Positions 26,928 to 36,445 of a DNA stretch of 41,958 nt are shown piece by piece. Each line of letters begins with the position of its first letter. The first letter of the stretch is position 1. Origin of the DNA: Hyphomicrobium sp. Its GTDB lineage: Bacteria; Pseudomonadota; Alphaproteobacteria; Rhizobiales; Hyphomicrobiaceae. The stretch lies in NCBI GenBank assembly GCA_040080075.1, contig JBEBJD010000254.1, positions 1-41,958 of the forward strand. Direction: 5' to 3'. The position numbers and the translations under genes are program-made. The notes under the pieces were generated by a model. The model was not told the origin of the DNA, did no database searches, and saw only the letters and a list, made by a program, of their open reading frames with translations.

Positions 26928-29732
26928 CTATTTTGCCCCTTCGCCCACGACGACGAACGGTGCCCAAATCGCGGGGTGCGCGGCGGGCTGCCAATTCTTC
27001 GGCCGGGACACGTCGGCCATGGCTGCCAGCATGGCCAATCTCAATGCTTCGGCGCGGCCGATTGCAGGGTCACGCTTCAACTCAGCGAAGGCGCCGGTCG
27101 TCAGCTTCACGGCGGCATGGCTGTCTACGTACCAATGCGAGACCAGGAGCGCGCGGGCGCCCGCATAGAAGAATGCGCGACCGAGGCCCGAGAGCACTTC
27201 GGTGTCACCGATCTCGCCGCCTGATGCGGTATTGCAAGCTGATAGAACTACCCAGTCAGCGTTTAGCTTTAATTGACTTACCTCTGAGGCGGTAAGCAGC
27301 CCATCATCCTTCTCCGTGGCCGTTTCCGGCGGCGTCAGTATCAGAGCCGGTTCGGATCGAACTTTGGCGATACGTTTCGTCTCGCTCGCCAAGAGGCCGT
27401 GAGTCGCAACATGCACGACGGCATAGTTGGCAAGGTCACCCGAGCCGCTGAGCGACTTAATCCTATTCTCGGTCGCATTGCTCCCGAGATTGACGTCGCC
27501 AATGTTAGCACCGAGAAGGCTGGCGACTGCGCATAATTCGTCCGCTGTCTCGGGGAGGGGGGGGTGACGGCGCAAACTTTCGACATCGCCGGGACCGCCA
27601 CGAAAGTATTTGGCGATGCTCTCGGGAACCTCCCAGCCGGCGATTTCGACCGGCTTGGCACGTGGCTCGCTGGTGCACATTTGCCGGGAAGATGCCGTCC
27701 GGTCCGAACCGTCCCACCCCATCAGTAGCGGGTTACCAAAACCGATGAAGGGATGCGATGCTGTTCTGGTTTTGGTAAACTGGCGCAATGCGCTGAGGCT
27801 CGAAACCGACGGAAGCACGCTAATTGCATGGCTCTTTGCAAGCCAGGCCGCCTTTGCATATTGCCCGGCATCCTCGGAACTCCCAGGGTCTGGCTTGTCT
27901 GTAACAAGTACTTGGAATGGCAACGACGCAAGCGGCCCCGCAGATACGATCAGCAGCTTTTTACCAGCGATGAGATCATTAAATGGGCCGACGAAATCGC
28001 GGTACAAGCCGTGCGCAGTGGCAAGGTCGAAGGGGAGCGGAGCGTTGGCTTTGACTTCGGTTTCTGTGAGTAGTTTGCAGCGTTCGCGCCGCATTGATTG
28101 CTCTTGTTTTCGCCACTTATCCCCCTCGCTCGCTTCCTGCCATCTGCTGGGATCAATCCAGTTTGACGAATCTAACCCGCAGCGGAGCCTCTGCACTCTA
28201 GTTGCAATCTCGTCCTGATCGAGTGCAAGCTTGACCCATCGAACATCATCGTGGGCCACAGCCCAGACAAATGAACCGGTCCCCGTAAGCGTCAGCAGGA
28301 TCAAAACCTCGTCCGGCCTTAGCTGCTGTTGAACCTCCTTGAAGGATAGTGGCTCGGGTCTGACGAGTGAATGATATTCAGGGAATTCGCTTTTTAGCCG
28401 AGCGTCCGCTTCCGCAATGTGCTGCTCAATGCCGGTCAACTGGTCTCGCAATGGTTGGCTGTTGTCCCGGCCAGTCTGTTGAGTACTTGCGGAAAGACTC
28501 GCAAGCAGCTGCTTGTCGAGCTTCGACCATTTGCCAGATAGATCCTGACTTAAGCGGACCAGATCGCTCAACGCTCCAACCACTTTGCCCTGGCGTGCCG
28601 CCATCTGCGCCAGAGCGGTGGCTGCCGCGGTCTGCCCCGCCCATTGGGCCATGTTAAAGGCTTGCTCTGCAAGCGAATGCTGGAGCGCCGGCATCTCTCT
28701 GGCGCGTTCCCACGCAGTGCCCAGATAGGATTCGAACAGGACCCGGTTCCAGGGGGTGTCGAGCGGACTGCCGGCACGCGCGGACACCATCTGCGCACTG
28801 TTGCGCATCCGGTCAATGACGATCTTCACCGCTTGGTTCGTATAATCAAGGGACTGAGCCCACTGACGTTGTTGAGCGGAAACCGCTGCAAGATTATGTA
28901 GAGTGAAAGCAACCTCGGCATTGTCGCGGCCTGGCGCTCTGAAGATTACCAATGCTCGACGTAAGTAAGCTGCAGCGTCTGCATAACGCCCTTGAGCTTG
29001 GTAGACCAAGGCGAGATTGTTGCAAGCCAGCGCTACGTCCGAGTGGATGGGGCCCCGCACCCGTACGAAAATGCGCAGTGCGCGGTGAAAAAGTGACTCT
29101 GACTCATTGTAGCGCCGTTCAGCGAGGTAGAGCCGGGCGAGGTTGTTGTATCCAAGCCCGGTGTCGAGGCTTTCTAGGCCACGGGAGTTTTCGAAAATCT
29201 GAACGGCTTGTTTATGCATGCGCTCCGCTTCTTGAAACCGGCGCTGCACTTGGTAAACCTCGGCCAGTTGGCTCAATGCCAGTGCTACTTGAGGATGGTT
29301 TTCGCCGAGCGATTTTTGCCTGATCTCCAAGGCGCGTTGATAGAGTGGTGCCGCTTCGGAATAGCGGCCCTGCAATTGAAATACGAAAGCCAGGTTTTTG
29401 AGGCCGGTGGCAACGGAAGGGTCGTCGCGGCCTAGTTTCTGTTCCAATTTTCCGATGGCGCTGCGATACATTCTCTCAACATCATCGAAGCGGCCTTCGT
29501 CTAAAAATTGCTGAACACGGACTTCGAATGGCAACGCTGGCCCGGCAGTCACATTCTCCTTGGTGTCGTCACCTGCAATAGTGAATGCGGGGATGCTATC
29601 ATTGGGAGATCCAGGTGGAGTGGTCAGCAAGTGAGCAAGCGGCTGTTCAGCATGCAGTTGGGTTAGACCGGCAACGAACGAGATGATCAAAAGACCACAA
29701 GCCAGTGCGCGTATCCGCCTGCACAGCTCCAT
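26928..29732 (-). CDS. Exported TPR-repeat / CHAT-domain (caspase-fold) protein
   Basis: Signal-like 'ALACGLLIISFVAGLTQLHA/EQ'. Five or six kinesin-light-chain-type TPRs ('LKNLAFVFQLQGRYSEAAPLYQRALEI', 'LSQLAEVYQVQRRFQEAERMHKQAVQI', 'YNNLARLYLAERRYNESESLFHRALRI', 'CNNLALVYQAQGRYADAAAYLRRALVI'). CHAT dyad 'YAVVHVATHGLL' and 'WVVLSACNTASGG'. Confidence 0.85.
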   Translation of the reverse strand: MELCRRIRALACGLLIISFVAGLTQLHAEQPLAHLLTTPPGSPNDSIPAFTIAGDDTKENVTAGPALPFEVRVQQFLDEGRFDDVERMYRSAIGKLEQKLGRDDPSVATGLKNLAFVFQLQGRYSEAAPLYQRALEIRQKSLGENHPQVALALSQLAEVYQVQRRFQEAERMHKQAVQIFENSRGLESLDTGLGYNNLARLYLAERRYNESESLFHRALRIFVRVRGPIHSDVALACNNLALVYQAQGRYADAAAYLRRALVIFRAPGRDNAEVAFTLHNLAAVSAQQRQWAQSLDYTNQAVKIVIDRMRNSAQMVSARAGSPLDTPWNRVLFESYLGTAWERAREMPALQHSLAEQAFNMAQWAGQTAAATALAQMAARQGKVVGALSDLVRLSQDLSGKWSKLDKQLLASLSASTQQTGRDNSQPLRDQLTGIEQHIAEADARLKSEFPEYHSLVRPEPLSFKEVQQQLRPDEVLILLTLTGTGSFVWAVAHDDVRWVKLALDQDEIATRVQRLRCGLDSSNWIDPSRWQEASEGDKWRKQEQSMRRERCKLLTETEVKANAPLPFDLATAHGLYRDFVGPFNDLIAGKKLLIVSAGPLASLPFQVLVTDKPDPGSSEDAGQYAKAAWLAKSHAISVLPSVSSLSALRQFTKTRTASHPFIGFGNPLLMGWDGSDRTASSRQMCTSEPRAKPVEIAGWEVPESIAKYFRGGPGDVESLRRHPPLPETADELCAVASLLGANIGDVNLGSNATENRIKSLSGSGDLANYAVVHVATHGLLASETKRIAKVRSEPALILTPPETATEKDDGLLTASEVSQLKLNADWVVLSACNTASGGEIGDTEVLSGLGRAFFYAGARALLVSHWYVDSHAAVKLTTGAFAELKRDPAIGRAEALRLAMLAAMADVSRPKNWQPAAHPAIWAPFVVVGEGAK

Positions 29733-29805
29733 CGTCCCCTCCGTTTAAGTCCGCGTTTGCAGGTAATGCATGAGTGCCACGGCAGCCAAGACACTGGGCC
29801 GGATA

Positions 29806-30114
29806 TTATTGACCGTCCACCTCAGGCATGGGTTCAAGGCGCCCCTTACCCATTCCCACTGAACCACCGCCTTCACCGGATTCAGATGTACTTCCTTCCA
29901 TTCCAGGCATTGGACGCTGTTGCATATTGAGATCAGGATAAGGCGGCGGGGATACCCCACCGGGTGAAACTGGTCCGGGGACGCCCGGAGTCCATCTCGG
30001 TTCAATCGGCTCCGTTGTCCCTTCCGTTTGAGCCTGTGCAATCGGCCACAGAAGTCCCACATTTAACGCTGCAACCATGCCTACAAATACCAGGGATCTG
30101 AAAAGTCTGCGCAT
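29806..30114 (-). CDS. Small exported Pro/Gly-rich protein (102 aa), unknown function
   Basis: Start moved to ATG 30114, preceded by SD 'GGGAGG' at 5 nt; the tracked longer ORF has no support. 'MRRLFRSLVFVGMVAALNVGLLWPIAQA/QTEG' is signal-like. The mature part is Pro/Gly/Glu/Met-rich ('PGVPGPVSPGGVSPPPYPDLNMQQRPMPGMEGS'). It lies 73 nt upstream of the CHAT gene on the same strand. Confidence 0.55.
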   Translation of the reverse strand: MRRLFRSLVFVGMVAALNVGLLWPIAQAQTEGTTEPIEPRWTPGVPGPVSPGGVSPPPYPDLNMQQRPMPGMEGSTSESGEGGGSVGMGKGRLEPMPEVDGQ

Positions 30115-31193
30115 GAATGCCTCCCTGAACTGGAAACGCCAGAATGGACTGCGGCTCAGATTCCGAATGCGGCGTTTGGGCTCGATAATGACGAGATCAA
30201 AACGCGGTGCCTGAGAGCAGGCCAAGGACGGCCACCACCTTTTTAAAACTCCCGGCGGCCCAGAAGAAGACTTATCATGGAGTACCGTCGATGTCAGCAT
30301 CGGTGTAAAATCGTCGTTCGAAGCCACGTCTGCAACACGGACGGTAGTCATTACCTTGCGGAAGTCACGGTGCTCGTAACCGTCTGTTGAAGTCTGCGGC
30401 GTGAGGTGGGATAATTACTCATGCGGTCGACTGGGAGGACCAGTGCCCCAAGGGCAAGCAATCCCACCACCAGTTCGGCGTCCGCGGGTGGAACAGTTCA
30501 ACGCCGTTCGACGAGCTTGCGGTTTATTGAGAGCCGCTTGCGTAGGCGGGAGTATCGCGCGCACCTCGCGGAAGTGAGGGTCAGGCACAGTCCGGCCGCT
30601 TCAAATGTTCAGCGTCGTTCCAATCAGCTTACTAATGGCCTGCATGGAGGTCTTAAGCATCGTCTTTTTACTGGAAGGCATGCTGGCGGCCTGAACGCGT
30701 GCCGAAACCCGGATACCCCGGAGCACATCATCGACCTGCTGAGCGAGTACCCACTAGGGGCAAGGTTATCCTGCCAGCCCACAAAGAAAACATCCAACTG
30801 AATGGCTTTGTGACGCTGGCGTCGCTTGGTGCCAGGGGCAAGCCAATTGAATGCATCATCCAACTATTCGAATATTATCCCGAAACCGATACGCATAAGT
30901 CCGGAAAACAGGCATCTGCTACATTCGGCGCAACCAACAAAATTGAATTGATCAATGTTGCGCTACCCCGCTCACAAAAGCATTGTGCCCTATTCTTTCG
31001 CTTACGGAGCGAACCGGATTATTGGCTTATCATCTCTCATTACTTGAGAGAAAAATGCAACACTTGCACAGATAAATAGGAATATCAGGCGATGTATGTT
31101 GAGTGACTGCTTATTCATCGCGATAGAATGCATCGATATTTTTTGTGCTAACTGCGATGACTCTTAATGGGCACCGTCAGATCGGAGATTTCG

Positions 31194-32111
31194 ATGCGGA
31201 GGCTGGCTTTTTGGGGCGCCATTAGCGCGATCTTGGCGGGTGGCAGCGCATGGGCGGCTGATCTGGGAGTGCCCGAGCCAATCACAACTCCTGACGGCGT
31301 ATCCACATCTGGTTGGACACTGCAGTTCACGACCTACGGCTGGGTGCCCTGGCTAACTGGCGAAGCCAAAATCGCAGGGCGTTCATTTGACGTCGATGTG
31401 GGCCCCCAGGATATTTTCAAGAATCTCGACTGGTCCCAAATACCTGCGTGGATGAGCTACATGGAAGCTCGTAATGGCCGGCTGAGCTTGTTCAACGATA
31501 TAGTTTACTCAAAAATTGCCGGCTCCGCAGACTTTGCCAAAACAGTCACGCGCCGGGTCGCCACCCTCACTCTCGGCGGCGAAATCGAAGCAGATTATGA
31601 GCAGGCAACCGTTGAGGCAGGTGCCGCCTACGAAGTCTGGTCGAGCGGCAGCCACGGTTCAGCCGGTGTTACTGCAATTGATGTATTGGCCGGTATTCGC
31701 TATTGGCATCAGGAAGCGAGCCTCTCCGCTAACGTCAACGCGACGCTGTCGATTGAGGGACCGCGTGGGCTGATTGGATTGTCCAGATCTGGAAATCGAG
31801 TGTTTGCCAAATCAGGTTCCGTAGATTGGGTTGACCCCATTGTTGGCGCGCGCTTGCGGCATCAGGTTGCGCCGGGTCAGGAGCTAGTGCTACGGGGCGA
31901 CATCGGAGGATTTGGTGCGGGCAGCGATTTCTCGTGGCAGGCCATTGGAACGTACAACTGGCAGATGTGCACAGTGGGCGGATTGGTGCTTAACGGCTAC
32001 GCCGGCTACCGTGCTTTACAGGTCGACTACGAGCAGGGCTCTGGCCTCAAAGAATACAAATATGATGTGCTGCAACACGGTCCGGTTTTTGGCCTCACGA
32101 CGAATTTCTAA
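31194..32111 (+). CDS. Outer-membrane beta-barrel protein
   Basis: ATG 31194 with SD 'GGAGA'. Signal peptide 'AFWGAISAILAGGSAWA/ADL'. Alternating amphipathic strands and a C-terminal 'GPVFGLTTNF' with terminal Phe, typical of OM barrels. Confidence 0.7.
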   Translation: MRRLAFWGAISAILAGGSAWAADLGVPEPITTPDGVSTSGWTLQFTTYGWVPWLTGEAKIAGRSFDVDVGPQDIFKNLDWSQIPAWMSYMEARNGRLSLFNDIVYSKIAGSADFAKTVTRRVATLTLGGEIEADYEQATVEAGAAYEVWSSGSHGSAGVTAIDVLAGIRYWHQEASLSANVNATLSIEGPRGLIGLSRSGNRVFAKSGSVDWVDPIVGARLRHQVAPGQELVLRGDIGGFGAGSDFSWQAIGTYNWQMCTVGGLVLNGYAGYRALQVDYEQGSGLKEYKYDVLQHGPVFGLTTNF

Positions 32112-32283
32112 CACGCACCAATCGATCCCTTGATGAACGCCACTTAGCCAAGCTACTTGCCGTTCATTGGCACCCGGTCCGCCCAAGTAAGCATTTACTG
32201 TGTGTTGATAGAATAAGCTCCAGGGTCGAGATGTAACCGCTCCGGCTCAATTGCGACCCAAGCATTAATCCGCAATCAACTTC

Positions 32284-33081
32284 TCACTGGCTCGTTGGGA
32301 ACAGGAACGTTAGCGTTGAGCGGAGAGCGAAATCATGCGGCCCAGCATCTGGACTTTCAGCCCAGTAGCGCACTCCGCCACCAAGACTGACGGGTTGTTT
32401 GCCGATCATCAAAAGCTTACTCACGTTGAAATTGACGGGCACAGACCAGGCCTCCGCAGTCCAGTCGTAAGTGGACTCGGTGTTGAGACTGAATGTCCAG
32501 GCATCTGGCGTGGTATATGACACGAATGGCTGCAGGAATGTGCTGCTCACGTCCGCGCGGACATCTTCTCCCGCAAAAGACCAGATGTGATTGGCAAGTA
32601 CGCCAAGCGTCCAGCCATTCTGTTGTGTCAGCATCACCGCGGTAGGTCCGGCACCCCACTTTTCTGTGCTGAGCAATTTGTCCGTGCCCGTCGGCAGCAA
32701 TATTACGGGACCAACACCCCAGATAACGCCATTTGTTGGTTGCTTCGGCGAGAAGAAGAGACTCTGGACCGTATCGCTGAGACCTGTCTGTTCCCCTGCA
32801 AGCGGAAAAATATCATCTTGCCAGACGACTGGTACGATCGTTCGTGAGATCAAATTCCAGTCTTGATTGAGCGAGATCGGAATAACCGGTTGGATATTGA
32901 GAGTAACCTTTTCCCCGTCCCGGTCCGGCCCAATGTGGCCGTCATAATTAAACTGTAGTGGTACGCTGATCAACGAGGCGATGGGGTTGGAAAGTTTTTT
33001 GGCGAGATCAGCAGAGTCCTGCGCGCCCGCCGCTGTGGGCAACAATGCATATGCCAAAAGTACAACCGGGCTCCATCGCAT
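32284..33081 (-). CDS. Outer-membrane barrel of the MetA-pathway/'transporter' family
   Basis: Signal peptide 'VVLLAYALLPTAAGA/QD'. The N-terminal 'LAKKLSNPIASLISVPLQFNYD' motif and ~265-aa size resemble the putative phenol-degradation MetA-pathway OM channel family. Family assignment is from memory. Confidence 0.6.
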   Translation of the reverse strand: MRWSPVVLLAYALLPTAAGAQDSADLAKKLSNPIASLISVPLQFNYDGHIGPDRDGEKVTLNIQPVIPISLNQDWNLISRTIVPVVWQDDIFPLAGEQTGLSDTVQSLFFSPKQPTNGVIWGVGPVILLPTGTDKLLSTEKWGAGPTAVMLTQQNGWTLGVLANHIWSFAGEDVRADVSSTFLQPFVSYTTPDAWTFSLNTESTYDWTAEAWSVPVNFNVSKLLMIGKQPVSLGGGVRYWAESPDAGPHDFALRSTLTFLFPTSQ

Positions 33082-33387
33082 TATTCACCTCACAATCACG
33101 TTCCTGAAAAATTACTCGCTTTCACGCTGCCTAACGACACTTATTCACTTGATACTTTGGAACCGCTCGGGTCGTGTGACCGGCTGGCCACATTTTTTTG
33201 CGACCGAATGCCCCCGTGATCGGTCAACGATATCGCGGTATATAAAAAACGAGGATCATGGGTCAAAAGCGGCTGACAAGCCTACCCCAATTCTGACGAT
33301 ACCAATCCCGCTCATCAGCAATTCAGTTGGCGTATGGGTAATGGCATGTTTTGAAGTTGTTCACGGTTCACCATCGCCTTATAGGTT

Positions 33388-34569
33388 GTGATGGTTATGG
33401 AAATTTATTCGGGGGCCGGAGCCACAGTGGTTAGACAGACTATTCTTAGCTTGGCCGCTGCCCTTTTTCTCGCCGGGTTAACTGCATGCGCTTCTCGGCC
33501 GGGCAGCGAGGTTCTTGAACCCATCGCACATGTGCCGTCGTATACAAACAAAGTTCGTTTGCTGGTCGCGACCACCAGAGAACGCGGCAGCGCCGAAGAC
33601 CCCAACGCGTTTACTGCCGTTCGCTCCAAAGTTCTTAATTACTCAGCACTAACGGTATCTATTCCCACAAAGCACGTTGCAGGTGAAATCGAGTGGCCAG
33701 ACCAGACACCTCCCGATCCCTCACGGCACTTCATCACGACGGATCGTCAATTTCTCGGCGGCAACGAATTCCTCGGTGAAATCCGGCAACGATCCAGAGC
33801 AGGAGGGAATGAGGCCAACAGCGTTCTTGTCTTTGTGCACGGCTACAACACGCTCTATGAAGAAGCCGTCTACTGGATGGCCCAGATCGTAAACGACTCC
33901 GGCTTTACTGGCACGGCCGTATTGTTTGCATGGCCATCGCAGGGCAAGGCGCCACTCTATCTTGCTGATCGTGAGGCGACGACCTATTCTCGCGACTATT
34001 TCGAACAAGCGTTGTTGCAGATGTCGGCGGTGCCCGAGGTTCGCGAAATCAATATCTTGGCCCACAGCATGGGGAACTGGCTTGCCGTCGAGACGTTGCG
34101 GCAGGCCAAGATGAATGGCCACGGAAATTTTGGTGGCAAGCTCGGGGAAGTCATCCTGGCATCGCCCGATCTCGACGTTACCGTGTTTCGCACCCAGCTT
34201 GATGTGATCGGCCCGCTGGAGAAACCCATTACTGTTCTGGTCTCGGGAGACGATAAGGCGCTGGCGCTGTCTACGGCATTGGCGGGCGGAGTGGACAGGG
34301 TGGGTAAGATGACGGCATCTGACGGTCGCGTCATTGCTGGAGCCGAGCGTTACAATTTGCGAGTCGTCGATCTCACGGCGGTCGATGATGGCCAAGGCAA
34401 TCACCACAGCAAATATTCCAAGTCCAGCACCGTTATTGCTGCAATCGGCAAGGGCCTTTCAGGTAATGCCGCCAAAAGTCAGCCCGGAATTGTCTCTGCA
34501 GTTGCTGAGGCCGGAAATAGTCTGATCAAAATTCCCACGGCCATTTTGGGCGGGACGGCACCACAGTAG
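33388..34569 (+). CDS. Lipoprotein alpha/beta hydrolase, DUF900 family
   Basis: Lipobox 'LAGLTAC'. 'VLVFVHGYNTLYEEAVYWMAQIVNDSGFTGTAVLFAWPS' and nucleophile elbow 'ILAHSMGNWL' are the DUF900 signatures. The start could be GTG 33388, ATG 33391 or ATG 33397. Confidence 0.75.
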   Translation: MMVMEIYSGAGATVVRQTILSLAAALFLAGLTACASRPGSEVLEPIAHVPSYTNKVRLLVATTRERGSAEDPNAFTAVRSKVLNYSALTVSIPTKHVAGEIEWPDQTPPDPSRHFITTDRQFLGGNEFLGEIRQRSRAGGNEANSVLVFVHGYNTLYEEAVYWMAQIVNDSGFTGTAVLFAWPSQGKAPLYLADREATTYSRDYFEQALLQMSAVPEVREINILAHSMGNWLAVETLRQAKMNGHGNFGGKLGEVILASPDLDVTVFRTQLDVIGPLEKPITVLVSGDDKALALSTALAGGVDRVGKMTASDGRVIAGAERYNLRVVDLTAVDDGQGNHHSKYSKSSTVIAAIGKGLSGNAAKSQPGIVSAVAEAGNSLIKIPTAILGGTAPQ

Positions 34570-34638
34570 ATGAAGGGATACGGGCCTTGCCCGTTGCCCC
34601 AAACAAAGTCCGCATTGCCATAGTGGCCGCAAAGCCGC

Positions 34639-36285
34639 CTACCGTGTGGCAGGAGAGAACTCAGTGTTGAGGGCTTTAAGGAGCCGGGCATCGCGGCCAT
34701 AGATGTCCTGATAGAAGTATGCGCTGCCATCAAATTGCGGGTCGACGGTCCAGTAGAGCAACAGAACGGGAAGCGGCTTTGGCAGATTGACCTGATAAAG
34801 TTTTCCAGCAGCCACGATGCTATCGATTTTTGACCGATCCCAGCCTAGACGATTTCCCAGAATGATCTCAGCCAGTTTCATCGGGTCTTCGACGCGAATG
34901 CAGCCGTGACTGAAGGTCCGGCCTGACTTTCCAAATAGGCCGCGTCCCGGCGTATCGTGCAAGTAGACAGAGTACTTATTAGGGAACAAAAACTTCACGA
35001 GGCCTAGGGCATTTTTGGGTCCCGGCCTCTGGACGACTCCATAAGGAAAAGTCGCGGCCGTCCACTGCGTCCAGTCGATCGTGGCAGGATCGACTGCACC
35101 ACTCGTACTTGTCAGCGTGTAATTGTTGGCCGCGAGATAGCCCGGATCTGCGCTGGCCTTCGCAAACATCTCGTTGCGCACGATGCTGCGTGGCACCGTC
35201 CAATCCGGATTAAAAACAATCGACTTCATTGCCTCAGTGAAGATGGGAGTTTTGTGATAGGTCTGCCCGACAATAACCCGCGTACCCCACACGGGCTTTC
35301 CTTCGAGCACCACGCGCAAATAGAACCCGGCCACATTGACGGCTACAAACTCATCACCGATGGTCCGCAAAATCCATCGGCCGCGCTCCAGGTTGACACG
35401 AATCTGTTCAATGCGCGTCTGCACTGGCACGTTGAGTTCAGCTTGTGTTTGCGGACCGAGATTTCCTTCAGCCTCAAGTCCGTGACTCTTCTGGAATTTG
35501 CGCAGTGCCTCGGTAAGTTTCTCGTCGAGAATTTCTGAGGAAGCATTGCCGTTATCTTGGTATTCACCCGTAACTGCCAAACGCTGGCGTAGAATGGGTA
35601 TCCGTACGTCTGAAGCGCCTGGCTTCACAGCCGGTCCGGGAGGCAGTTGCGGCCATCCACCTGTGTCGCTGTAGTGCGTATACGCCTGCAACATTGCCTT
35701 GAGGGACTGATAAATGGGATGAGCGAGCTTTGCCTTCTCGACAAGGTTTCCGGCGGCTCCCTCTGCAATTGCAGAGGAAATAATTTTGACAGGATCTCCG
35801 GAGAGTGCGGGCCGCGCAAAGTTCCAGTTTGGGTCCAGCCCGTTGGGGCTGACTTTACCAAAATAGAGCTGGTACAGAAGCCGCACGAAGGCATCGCTAA
35901 GTATAATGTCGCGATCGGCACTATTGGCATCATTCACAGCCGGATCTGAAAAATCTGCGACAGCTTTGCCGTGGAAGTCAGTTGGCAACAGACCATCTTC
36001 CCAACTCCGCCTAACCGCTTCCTTTAGTGCGGTAATGTTGGCAGGATTGGTCCACAAGCGTTGATACCCCATCGACTCATAGAGCTTGGGCAAGAAATCG
36101 AAACTGGCGATCCGTGCGCCACTGATAGATCGCCCCCCAGGCTTACCGAGGGCAATAACGCGAGCCTGGATGTCAGAATTTGCGCCAGCACGAACGGCCG
36201 GTTCAGTGACCGGGGGAGAAGTGCCCGCTGCCGCGGGGAAGCAGAGACAAACAGAGGCGGCGATAGTGAATGCTGTAATGCGCAT
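34639..36285 (-). CDS. YcbB/LdtD-type murein L,D-transpeptidase
   Basis: Start set at ATG 36285 ('MRITAFTIAASVCLCFPAAAG', signal-like). PG-binding module 'LTEALRKFQKSHGLEAEGNLGPQTQAELN'. YkuD catalytic region 'SVYLHDTPGRGLFGKSGRTFSHGCIRVEDP'. Confidence 0.85.
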   Translation of the reverse strand: MRITAFTIAASVCLCFPAAAGTSPPVTEPAVRAGANSDIQARVIALGKPGGRSISGARIASFDFLPKLYESMGYQRLWTNPANITALKEAVRRSWEDGLLPTDFHGKAVADFSDPAVNDANSADRDIILSDAFVRLLYQLYFGKVSPNGLDPNWNFARPALSGDPVKIISSAIAEGAAGNLVEKAKLAHPIYQSLKAMLQAYTHYSDTGGWPQLPPGPAVKPGASDVRIPILRQRLAVTGEYQDNGNASSEILDEKLTEALRKFQKSHGLEAEGNLGPQTQAELNVPVQTRIEQIRVNLERGRWILRTIGDEFVAVNVAGFYLRVVLEGKPVWGTRVIVGQTYHKTPIFTEAMKSIVFNPDWTVPRSIVRNEMFAKASADPGYLAANNYTLTSTSGAVDPATIDWTQWTAATFPYGVVQRPGPKNALGLVKFLFPNKYSVYLHDTPGRGLFGKSGRTFSHGCIRVEDPMKLAEIILGNRLGWDRSKIDSIVAAGKLYQVNLPKPLPVLLLYWTVDPQFDGSAYFYQDIYGRDARLLKALNTEFSPATR

Positions 36286-36445
36286 AACGTTCAGTCTTTC
36301 TGCATACCTCGAACCAACAGAACCTGACACTTCGCCTGATGCCAATTGTCATCGCCGCCACCGTTAACTCGTCTGGACTGAATACATCCCGCTTGGGGAA
36401 AAAAGTGACACTAACTCCACATTGAGCCGGGCGCTCACGGATCGT

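Noticed and set aside
30601-31079. A 26-codon minus-strand ORF (30601-30681, 'MPSSKKTMLKTSMQAISKLIGTTLNI') and the 126-aa plus-strand ORF 30699-31079
   Set aside because: The first is too short to support without conservation or expression data. The second has no SD and crosses a sharp compositional change.
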